From contig OZ024740.1 in NCBI GenBank assembly GCA_964016885.1, positions 34,410,001 through 34,474,000 on the forward strand: DNA of 64,000 nucleotides, given 5' to 3'. Position 1 is the first letter of the stretch, and each line of letters starts with the position of its first letter. The notes under the pieces were generated by a model. It was not told the DNA's origin and made no database searches. It saw only the letters and a program-made list of their open reading frames with translations. This DNA is from Eledone cirrhosa (Eukaryota). Shown one piece after another: positions 11,681 to 22,259 of this stretch. A program made the translations under genes and the position numbers.

Positions 11681-13174
11681 GATGTAGATTATAGCACAAT
11701 AATAATAACAATACCATTATATAAAAGGTGTAGATTATAGCACAATAATAATAACAATACCATTATATAAAAGATGTAGATTATAACACAATAATAATAA
11801 CAATACCATTATATAAAAGATGTAGATTATAGCACAATAATAATAACAATACCATTATATAAAAGATGTAGATTATAGCACAATAATAATAACAATACCA
11901 TTATATAAAAGGTGTAGATTATAGCACAATAATAATAACAATACCATTATATAAAAGGTGTAGATTATAGCACAATAATAATAACAATACCATTATATAA
12001 AAGATGTAGATTATAACACAATAATAATAACAATACCATTATATAAAAGATGTAGATTATAGTACAATAATAATAACAATACCATTATATAAAAGATGTA
12101 GATTATAGCACAATAATAATAACAATACCATTATATAAAAGATGTAGATTATAACACAATAATAATAACAATACCATTATATAAAAGGTGTAGATTATAA
12201 CACAATAATAATAACAATACCATTATATAAAAGATGTAGATTATAGCACAATAATAATAACAATACCATTATATAAAAGATGTAGATTATAACACAATAA
12301 TAATAACAATACCATTATATAAAAGATGTAGATTATAGTACAATAATAACAACAATACCATTATATAAAAGATGTAGATTATAACACAATAATAATAACA
12401 ATACCATTATATAAAAGATGTAGATTATAACACAATAATAATAACAATACCATTATATAAAAGGTGTAGATTATAGCACAATAATAATAACAATACCATT
12501 ATATAAAAGGTGTAGATTATAGTACAATAATAACAACAATACCATTATATAAAAGGTGCAGATTATAGCACAATAATAACAACAATACCATTATATAAAA
12601 GGTGCAGATTATAGCACAATAATAACAACAATACCATTATATAAAAGGTGCAGATTATAGCACAATAATAACAACAATACCATTATATAAAAGGTGCAGA
12701 TTATAGCACAATAATAACAACAATACCATTATATAAAAGGTGCAGATTATAGCACAATAATAACAACAATACCATTATATAAAAGGTGCAGATTATAGCA
12801 CAATAATAATAACAATACCATTATATAAAAGGTGTAGATTATAGCACAATAATAATAACAATACCATTATATAAAAGGTGCAGATTATAGCACAATAATA
12901 ACAACAATACCATTATATAAAAGGTGCAGATTATAGCACAATAATAACAACAATACCATTATATAAAAGGTGCAGATTATAGCACAATAATAATAACAAT
13001 ACCATTATATAAAAGGTGTAGATTATAGCACAATAATAATAACAATACCATTATATAAAAGGTGCAGATTATAGCACAATAATAACAACAATACCATTAT
13101 ATAAAAGGTGCAGATTATAGCACAATAATAACAACAATACCATTATATAAAAGGTGCAGATTATAGCACAATAA
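11681..13174. repeat. 46-bp minisatellite, about 32.5 copies
   Basis: Unit GRTGYAGATTATAGCACAATAATAAYAACAATACCATTATATAAAA. Period 46 (11681 to 11727). Confidence 0.98.
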
Positions 13175-13545
13175 GCAAGACATATTTTAAAGAACTTCTA
13201 AATGTGGTTAGCAACCGTAAAAGTAATCGATTAAGAAATCTATCACAAGAACATTTTGCTTTCATCTGAGCTATAGACGGATGATTGGTGAAAATCACCC
13301 GAAAAATGTTCGTAATTAAGTTACTTGTTCAATACCTGTCAGTTATATAAACAATAATAGTTCAATACCTCAGTTATACAATCAATTATATAATCAATAA
13401 CAGTTATACAATCAATAACAGTTCAATACCTCAATTATACACTCAATATATTCAATATCTCAATTATACGATCAATAACATTTCTATAATTAGCTTAACC
13501 TGACCAAACTGCACTAACTAGATAAATTTCCCTGTGATGAAACAC

Positions 13546-13951
13546 GGCGGTGGATTGGCAGTATCGGTAGAGCGTCAGACACCATGCTTTGCAGCATAGA
13601 GTTATGGCCCCTTTCGGTCTGAGTTCAAATCCTGCCGAGGTTAACGTTGCCTTTCATCCTTACGAGGTAGATAAAATAAAGTACCAGTAATGTACTGGGG
13701 TAATTCCTGGCCTTGTGCCAAAAGTAGAAACAATTATTATTATTATTAGCATATTGAGTGGTAGTTTGGCAGTACTGGTAGAGCATTGGACATGCTTTCT
13801 GGCATGTAGTTACATCTCTTTACGTTCTGAGTTCAAATCCTGCCGAGGTTAGCTTTGCCTTTCATCCTTACTGGATCGATAAAATAGAGTACAGGTAATG
13901 TCACTGGGGTAACTGCTGACCTTGTGCCAAAAGTAGAAACAATTATTATTA
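13546..13951 (+). mobile_element. Two tandem full-length SINE family A copies separated by (ATT)n
   Basis: Head-core-tail occurs twice (13546-13748 and about 13757-13951). Confidence 0.88.
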
Positions 13952-14053
13952 TGACTTAGGAATTCCTATTTTTTGTTAAGAAATTTATTATAGTCCTTAT
14001 CAAACTATTGCTACAATTGTTTTTAGTAATTAATGCAGCTAACATTTTGCTAG

Positions 14054-14178
14054 ATAACACAAACGATGACCGAAAAAGAAATTGCAGCCTATTCTGAAGC
14101 TTCTGAAATTTCTGAAGAGGTGGTTAGTTCTGTCAAAACAGTTATAGCTTTCGGCGGTGAAGCAAAAGAATGCTTGCG
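14054..14178 (+). CDS. ABCB1: ABCB1-like exon (125 nt; ITQTMTEKEIAAYSEASEISEEVVSSVKTVIAFGGEAKECLR; ICL2)
   Basis: Read by hand; absent from the ORF track. Acceptor ttttgctag, donor CG|gtaagt. Matches P-gp [27 protein letters not shown]. Confidence 0.95.
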
Positions 14179-14284
14179 GTAAGTATTATTTCTATTAAAA
14201 AAAAAATGTATACATATTGTGCTCATAACCTTGCTTAGAAATCCTTTTCCACTTCGTTTCTAAGAAATGTACTCAACACAATAT

Positions 14285-14462
14285 TTATTTTGCCTTTCAT
14301 CCTTACGGGGTTGATAAAATAATGCACTGGGGTTGATTTAATTGATTTCCCCTTCCCCAAAATTGCTGGCCTTGTGCCTAAAGTAGAAACAATTATTGCG
14401 ATTGGCATTATCTGTAGAGCATCGGACAACATGTGAGTTCAAATCCCGCTGAGGTTAGCTTG
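14285..14462 (+). mobile_element. SINE family A fragments (3' half followed by a deleted head)
   Basis: Core and tail at 14288-14398, then TTGGCATTATC..GAGTTCAAATCCCGCTGAGGTTAGC. Confidence 0.75.
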
Positions 14463-14864
14463 GACAAAATTCACAAAACTGGTTAAGAAACATTGGACTA
14501 AAAGCTGTGATTGAAAGATTTCTAATCGCAGCGCACGATCAAAGCCTGCCCGACAGAAACCGCCAAAACTACATGATGAAACAGAAAACAGCAAGTAACT
14601 GCAGAATATGAGAGGGCGATAGTGGTGTTGGGAAAGAAACAATTAACTCATTATCGTTGGCTGTCCAGTCTTTGTCAAAAAATAATATATCTACAGATAC
14701 GATAGAGTTGGGATCTACATACACTGGAAGTTATGCCAGCACTACGAAATACCAACAGAAAAAAGGTGGTACAAACATACACAAGAAAAGGTGTCAGAGA
14801 ATGATAAGTTGATCGATATTTAGTATTTCTTTTTGGCTTGCAATCTTAACAAAGCAGAAGTTGT

Positions 14865-15075
14865 TAGTGCTTTTGTATCGGTTGAGCATCGAACAAAATG
14901 TTGTGTAGCATATGGTTACGGCCCTTTACGTTTTGAGTTCAAATTCCACTGAGGTCTTGCCTTTCATCCTTATGGGGTCGATAAAATAAAGTACCAGTAA
15001 CGCACTGGGTCGATTTAATTGACTTCCCTTTTCCCAAAATTGCTGGCTTTGTGCCTATATAAGAAACCATTATTT
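14865..15075 (+). mobile_element. SINE family A copy (long-tail variant)
   Basis: B-box, core, GGTCGATTTAATTGAC segment, and tail ending GAAACCATTATT. Confidence 0.8.
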
Positions 15076-15559
15076 TGTTTCTTATTTGAGACGGATGTGT
15101 TGATATCGATTCAAGAAGGTTTGTTGTTTTTAAGCTGTTTTACATTGTTATTTGTGGAATAAGTCACTGTAATAAATAGTCACTGTAAATATGTGACTAT
15201 ATATTAGTCTCTGAAAAGGAGACTCCATAATATTTGAAATTTATTTTTGAAAATATTTTCTATAAAAAAAAACATGGGTGGAATATGCCCCTTAACGTGA
15301 CAGCAGCTCAAACGTTGAGAGGAGTGACACTGCCTCCACCACCACCATTATGAACAGTGGTACTATTACCACCACCACAGACAACGTCACCGACGACAAC
15401 AACAACAGCAACAATAATAACCAAAATTTATCTCGTGCAGCAACTGAAAACGCAATAGACTTTCCACCTTTGCCAATGTCTACCCATGTAAACGCCGCCA
15501 TCCCCTACCACCTTCTTTTCGCCGGGAAGGACAGGTAATTTTCCTCTGTCTGGTGGCAG

Positions 15560-16027
15560 TAGCGAAGGGGTTTTGTGGTGGACCAGGTTGAAGACAGACA
15601 CTTTTCTTTGGCCAATCCCGCATCGACTTTTTCAAGCTTCAGTTGGAAAGGAAGGTCAGGATGGAGAGAGAAGTGCTGCCCCCAGTACATTTGCTAAAAG
15701 GTGGGAGAATGTGGCAAGAATGGCCTGTGTGAATGAACCTGCTCTGAGCATGCGCCTGTAGGCTGGTTAATTTGAGGGGGAGAGGGGCGCCTTTCCTGGG
15801 TGCCATTGAGCGTCGGGTGGTTCAGGATTGGTGGGGTACCTTAGTCGCCTTGAGTGGTTTGCTGCTTTATTGGAATTTATTTTGTAATATTCTTATATAT
15901 TTTCATTGTTAATTGTTTTTGTTATTGTGTATTTTTACTCGATTGTAAACCCCCACTGTCACTGTTTTTGTATTGACCCCTATATGTCAGCCCTTGTGGC
16001 CAATACATGGAACCATTATTATTATTA
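15560..16027 (+). mobile_element. 3' end of a probable Tx1/L1-clade LINE (ORF2 C-terminus, 3' UTR, (ATT)n tail)
   Basis: Frameshifted FFKLQLERKVRMEREVL..FAKRWENVARM resembles Tx1-type ORF2 ends (from recall). A T-rich UTR follows and ends CCCTTGTGGCCAATACATGGAACC(ATT)n. Confidence 0.55.
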
Positions 16028-16028
16028 G

Positions 16029-16220
16029 GGCGGTGGATTGGCAGTATCGGTAGAGGGTCGGATGTCATGCTTTGCAGCAAAGAGTTACGGCTCTTTATGG
16101 TCTGAGTTCAAATCCCACCGAAGTTAACTTTGCCTTTCATCCTTACGGGGTCAATAAAATAATGTACCAGTAATACACTAGGTAATTGCTGGCCTTGCGC
16201 CAAAAGTAGAAACAATTATT
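16029..16220 (+). mobile_element. Full-length SINE family A copy
   Basis: GGCGGTGGATTGGCAGTATCGG head through the GAAACAATTATT tail. Confidence 0.9.
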
Positions 16221-16339
16221 CTACGCACACCAGAAGACTAGTGAGTCATATCTGGAATGTCTTTGTATATATAGGGCTAAACAGTGACATCATCAACAAT
16301 AACAACAACAATAACAAGCTCTAAGTTTCGAGATCTTTC

Positions 16340-17400
16340 TAACACAAAACATTCCTTATCCTAACATTAACATTATGGTATAAAAGAACGAGTCTATTAA
16401 TGTACAGTGAGCTGATTTCAAGAAATGACGAATTTCTTCTTTTTCTTTTTCTTTTTCTTTTTCTTTTTCCATTTCTTCTTTTTCTTCTTCTTTTTCTTCT
16501 TTTTCTTCTTCTTCTTGGGTATGGACAGCAAGTATCAACTATTGACAACCAGTAGACCGAGGTGGTATTTTTTATTTGATTCAACAACTCTGTCCCAATG
16601 AATACTGTTTTTTTTTTGTAGGTGTCCAATCTTTAAATTGAAGCTAATCCTCGCTATCCTCTTAGGAGTACTTATACTACCCAGAACAACTACAACAACG
16701 AGTATAACTTCTACAGTCTTCATTGCCCACAACTTGTATAATTCCCATTTTAAGTTAGCATAGTGGTCTAGATTTTCTTCTTTCTAGGCACTCTGTTGTC
16801 TTCAGAGCACGGGCATCTGTAAGTTTCTCTCTTCCTTGTATATTAATTACCACAATATCCAATATTTTGTTAAGAACTTCATGGTCATATTGAATCATGA
16901 CATCCCATAGGGTTTTCTATTTGTCGTTTTCAATTAAACCTTCTGGGGTTTGTCCAAGCCGTGCCTCTGCTCTTTCCAATTCATACTTGCCAGCTAGTTC
17001 CCAATGTATGATTCTTGCGACATTGTCATGTTACATTTTATATTCTCTCTGCACAACTTCGTAAGCTCACTAACAATATGCCACAGTTTCTCTTTTTTCA
17101 CCCCCATTCCGCACTTATCTCTATCAGTTCTATAATTTATTTTACACTTTACATACTTTGTCCTGAGTGCTTGCTCCTGTACTGCACAAATCAGTGCTTC
17201 AGTTTTTGGTATCTCCCATTCACATCGTTTTTTTGGCCAACAGCTCTTGCAAATTGACTACGCATCTCACTCCTTCTGTTGAATTTATTATTTTCCACAT
17301 TATCACATGTGCCAACTATATAAATTAATAGACATCTTTTCTTTGCGGTCTTTGACTATAAAAGCTGTTCTGTTGGTTTTGATCTCCTTGTTTGTATGAA
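16340..17400 (-). mobile_element. Decayed non-LTR retrotransposon 3' region with restriction-like endonuclease (R4/NeSL-like)
   Basis: Minus-strand fragments resemble HDNVARIIHWELA, LWDVMIQYDH..DIVVI and LKWELYKLWAMKTVEVILVVV..LG, the zinc knuckle plus PD-(D/E)xK region. Many stops. Confidence 0.6.
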
Positions 17401-17894
17401 GTGGCATATCCCACAGTATGATAGCTTTGTCATTTTCTGACATCTTTTCTTGTGTGTATTTGTACCTTCTTTTTGTTGGTATTTCGTAGTGTTTTCATAA
17501 CTTCCAGTGTATGTAAATTCCAACTCTATCATATCTGTGGATATATTCCTTTTCAGCTAAGACTGGACTGTCAGAGATAATGTGTTTAATTGTTTTTTCC
17601 CATTTCTACATATTCTGCAATTACTGTGTTCTACGACATTATGTATTTTTGGTGGTTTCTTGTGGGGCCATTAGAAATCATTTAATCTCGGCTTTTAGTC
17701 CAATGCTTCTTAACTAGTATTGTGAATTTTGTCCACTCCCTCCCTTTTCGGGTTTTGGCAATATAAGAGTTTTTCTTGACATCGTTTTAGCATAGTATTC
17801 TGCAGATCTATTTACAATTTAGATATTATTTTTGTCATCATTACTATTGTTTCTTCCTTATTTTTCATTTCCTTTCTCTCTAGGGCGGGTAAAA

Positions 17895-18272
17895 TTATTC
17901 CCGAGATCCATGGACGAGTTCTCTCCAGTGGTCTCTGTCCCTCATTATTGCTGCCATGTCCTGCGTCTCCAACAGACCAGTGTCTGTCCTTAGAACATCA
18001 ACATACGTTAACCTCGGTCTTCCTCTTCCAGTGTGTCCATGCAGGGGCTCCCACTGGAGCACTGAGTGCAGAGTCAACTCTGGATGTCGGTGAGCATGTC
18101 CAGCTAACCTCAGTCTCCTCTGTGCTACTCTGGAGCTGACATTTGGGAGGCTCCCGTACAGCTCTCAGTTCTTCATCCTCAGTGTAAACTGATTAATATT
18201 CAGAGCCATCGTCAGCATTCTCGTGTAGCACCCGTCCACCATCTGAGTGAGTTTCTTGGTCAGTGTCCATTT
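17895..18272 (-). mobile_element. RTE/RTE-X-like LINE 3' fragment
   Basis: WTLTKKL..VDGCYTRML, RLAGH and WEP.HG..GRGRPRLTYVD..MRDRDHWR motifs. Confidence 0.75.
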
Positions 18273-18673
18273 CCTTTATATGTCGATAAAATAAAATATA
18301 ACAACAGGGCGGATTTGTTAGAGTGTTAGATGAGATGCCTTGAGCTATCTGTTCCAGTTCTGTGTGTTCTGAAATGATGGTATGGTAGATTTAATCACTC
18401 GCCCGCTTTAACACCACCACATTGTTTTGGGGTGCCTCTAGCGGAAGTCATTCTGTTATAAACATACGGGTCAGCTCTCTCATTAGAAGATAACTCCTCT
18501 TTCTCCTGTTTGTCTCAGAGGCTCATGATACTGTCCTTTCTTCCTTGATTAATTAGTAAAATAATTTTATCCGCATTTTTCTAGAATCTTATCAGTTTCT
18601 TTTCCAGTAGTAAACCACTTGAATCGAAAGTATATGAAGATATTTGAAAAGGAATTTATTTCAATATTTCCAG

Positions 18674-18845
18674 GTATAACAAGCTGTTAGAGATTGTCAA
18701 GAAAGCAGGTGTGAAGAAAGGTTTTATGATAGGTACATCCGTTGGCCTTTTTTGGCTCTTCTTATGTAGCTTCTATGGTTTTGGATTCTGGATTTGTGAC
18801 AAAGTTGTTCGCGACGGTGATGCTAGCATTTCTGATGCTTTAATT
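18674..18845 (+). CDS. ABCB1: ABCB1-like exon (172 nt; YNKLLEIVKKAGVKKGFMIGTSVGLFWLFLCSFYGFGFWICDKVVRDGDASISDALI; TM5)
   Basis: Read by hand. Acceptor tttccag, donor ATT|gtaagt. Matches YNKNLEEAKRIGIKKA...ALAFWYG. Confidence 0.93.
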
Positions 18846-19954
18846 GTAAGTAATATGTTTATTAATATATCTCCTTGAACGAATTTGTATCATTGTTAAA
18901 AAGAAACCAACAAAATTCTTAAGAATCTTATTATTATTCATAATTTTGTCGTCTTTTTATACTGTAGTAACTAATTTTTACAGGGGAAAAATAAATTCCA
19001 CCGCAAATCATTACCATAGATTTAAGCTTTGTTATTTTAATTTTCATCATTTAATGTAGAAACAAATACAAGTAAGATATTTTGACCATACATACAACGA
19101 TATTTCACAGCCCCAAAATGTCTCTAGCAATTCCTGTTATTTCCTAACTCTTCTCCTTTAAAAAACTGTTTATATCTTTTTATATACGTAGGAGTTGCAT
19201 AACAATTATACATGACAAGTAAAGTTAATAGGTATGTTTATGACTTCCCTATCAGTATAAAATGGAAATATGAATGTGACCTGATCCATTCATACTACCG
19301 CCGCTCCCTAATAAACCATTCTCACCTTCATTCCCTCTCATATCCCCTTTTAAATCCCACTACACCAATCATAGTTCCCTAATATCTGTTCTCATCATCA
19401 CCCTACCAAATTCTACCACAGTTGTCATACACCCACGACATACTTTCTCAACTCTTTTCTTCCCCCACCACTCCTTTAAATCCCACCACATTTATCATAC
19501 ATACATGATATCATACTTATTACCCTCCCTTCCTACCCCCCCCCATTATCACTCTCTCTACTGCCGCTTCCCTTACCGCTCCTTAGTACATATTCTCACC
19601 ATTCGCCTCCTCTATTCTTAGGATCACCCACTCCAGTCATGGCTTCTTTAGTATGTTTTATCATCACGGTACTCCCACACTTTGCCCGAGGTCACCACCT
19701 CACCTTTCCCCGCATAATTCCACCATAATTATCAGATACCAATGACATAGTTTCTCACTACTTCTTCTCTCCTATCACCCCTTTAAATTCTACCACACCT
19801 GTCATACATTCCTGACAATATACTTGTCATATTCCATTCTCACCCACCTATTGTCACTAACCTTTTATATCATACTTATCATCTCTCTTACTCCTCTCTT
19901 TCGCCCCGAAAACGTCTCACATGGGACATTCCACCCCCCATAGGGTCTTAAATC

Positions 19955-20445
19955 AAAGACTGGCAATTTCCTAGTGCCGGTGCCACAATAAAATGCACCC
20001 AGTACACCCTATAAGGCAGTAGCTGGTGGTAGGAAGGGAACCCAGCCGGAGAAAACATGCAAAATGAAGGGTTTGGAGGACTCTACAAATGTATGAAGGG
20101 CATGGCAACTTTCCTTGTGGTGCTGTTACAGTAAAACGCACCCAGTACACTCTGTAAAATGGTTGAGGATAAGAAGGGCATCTAGTCATAAAAATCTTAT
20201 CAATGGGTCGAAAAGATTTTACAGTTATGCCAAAGATATGACAATCTCCCGAGTACTGGTGCCAAGAAAAAATGGCCCCATTCTGTAAAGGCGGTAATAT
20301 ATGCTAGTAAGATGCGGCCCCTGGCTCACCTGAGAAGTCAATGGAATCGATTGAATACTGACTTGAACTCTGAACCATCAGTTCAACTTTTGCTAGCAGA
20401 GAAAACGGATGTTAAATGATGATGCTGATGATGATGATGATGATA
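19955..20445 (+). mobile_element. SINE family C with internally repeated modules and a (GAT)n tail
   Basis: The module GGTGCCAC..AAAATGCACCCAGTACAC..GGAAGGGCATC occurs two to three times. Tail GCTAGCAGAGAAAACGGATGTTAAATGATGAT. A minus-strand homologue lies at 30258-30460. Confidence 0.65.
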
Positions 20446-20899
20446 TATTTGAGAAATGTGTGTAATTTAATTATTTACAAAATAATAAAATGAGAAAAAA
20501 TAATCAAAAATATAAACAAAGAAAAAATGACGATAAAAATGATGAGGTGATTAACTTGAAACTGGGCAACATATCTCAGCTGTGTTTCGTGGATATGGAG
20601 AAAGTGTTGCCGCGGAGAACACCTAGCAATACCTGCTACAACGGTCACTCCACCTCACGAGTCTCCTTTCTCAGGTGTGATGTCATCATTCCGGTGGCAA
20701 CAAGCACAGAACGGAATTGGTCTATCCATGATTATTATTTAGTCATCTTCCGCCCTTACTGCATTGCGGACAGCAGCGCCAGGGTTAGTGGCCGAAGCGA
20801 TCAGTTTGGTTCTGGAGAAAGATTGGTATCCTAGATGAATTACCTAACCCACCCACCTCAAACGGGAAAAAGGATTTTCTCGTCTGGGCGTTGATCATC

Positions 20900-21200
20900 T
20901 CCGTAGTTGAGATCGAGACAAGCTTCATCTTTGAACAGCGTGACGAGGAAAGAATCGCATGCTGTGATAACAAGAGAGTAAAAGTGGAACTGACAGTAAT
21001 CGATAGCATTTGTATATCACACACATAGGACAAGGCGCAGGGCAACTTTGGTACACTCATCATCAAGAAGGGTGTACTTTGACAAAGAAAGCATAGATTT
21101 GAACTACGTGCCACAGTTTGGCTGCAAAGCAAACTGAACGTAGGCGCGACAGTATTGGTCCTGGGAAAACTTAATCTTCAAGCAGGATGAACTGCATTTG
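20900..21200 (-). mobile_element. Possible decayed LINE ORF1 (gag-like zinc-knuckle) remnant
   Basis: LCFLCQ...PC....C...QH..SSSRC spacing in ORF 20785-21132 resembles degenerate triple CCHC knuckles of I/Jockey-group ORF1. Weak match. Confidence 0.3.
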
Positions 21201-22000
21201 ATATCATCCCAGTTGTAAGATGTATCGTATGGTTATGTGTGCGGTTAAGGTTTGACAGAGCTTATGCAAAGTTTAGAGCTGTAGAGTAAAATAATTTGAG
21301 GGAATTTGTGTTGAAGTTAATGTGTGGTACTCACAAGAAGGGTGAGATGTTTTTTGATACATTTAAGAAATACATTAGTATTGAAAGTGGTTACTTGAAT
21401 GTTGAAGGAGCCGGAGTTGTTGAATCAAATTATTTGTAACTTCCTGTTGTCTTTGGTTGCATATTATCATTGAAACCGCTAAATTTGAAGGCGTTGGTGT
21501 GGGTGCGTGCGATTTTGTTAAAACACGTTTCGTTGGAAGATAGTTTAGATAGAGATTTTTGACAAATATGTATATACCCACTTTTGTATTGAGTCCGATT
21601 TGCTTTAGGGGTGATGTTTGGTTCACGATTTGTCAACCCCTCTGGCATTTGGGTTATTTTAGGATTCGTAGTCTATCATTCTTATAGAGACCACTCTCAA
21701 AGTTTATACTTCACACAATGCACTCCAGAGAGTGCATTGTGTGAAGTATAAATAATCCAATTAGTCCGCTAAGTTCGCTTCAATCAAAGGCACCCATATG
21801 TAACATCAAAGCATTTGACCAAGTTTCATTTTGTTCAGAAGAGTAGGGTCGTTATGGGATGTAAGATAATGTTTTTATTCTGTTCAGAAAGTTTGTGTAG
21901 GAAATTGCATTCAGAAATGTATCTTTAGTGTATGATTTATTTGGTATAGTTATGTTTTATATAACCTTAGGTAGTAAGCAACGGTGTTGAGAAAATATTT

Positions 22001-22031
<31 letters not shown>

Positions 22032-22037
22032 TGAGAA

Positions 22038-22170
22038 TAATTGTTTCTACTTTTGGCACAAAGCCAGCAATTATCCCAGTGTATTACTGGTACTTTATTT
22101 TATCGACCCCGTAAGGATGAAAGGTAAAGTTAACCTCGGTGGGATTTGAATTCAGAATGGCAAGGGCCAT
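22038..22170 (-). mobile_element. SINE family A, minus strand, with an (AAT)n run at 22001-22030
   Basis: Reverse complement of the B-box, core and tail. Confidence 0.88.
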
Positions 22171-22259
22171 GGGCTAACGTGATGAAAAAACATTACAGAC
22201 GGCACAGGACGATACAAAGTGGGTTTTGCCTGTGTAAAAAGGTTATAACAAGATAGAAA

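Noticed and set aside
11681-13174. CRISPR-like array
   Set aside because: A pure tandem repeat without spacers.
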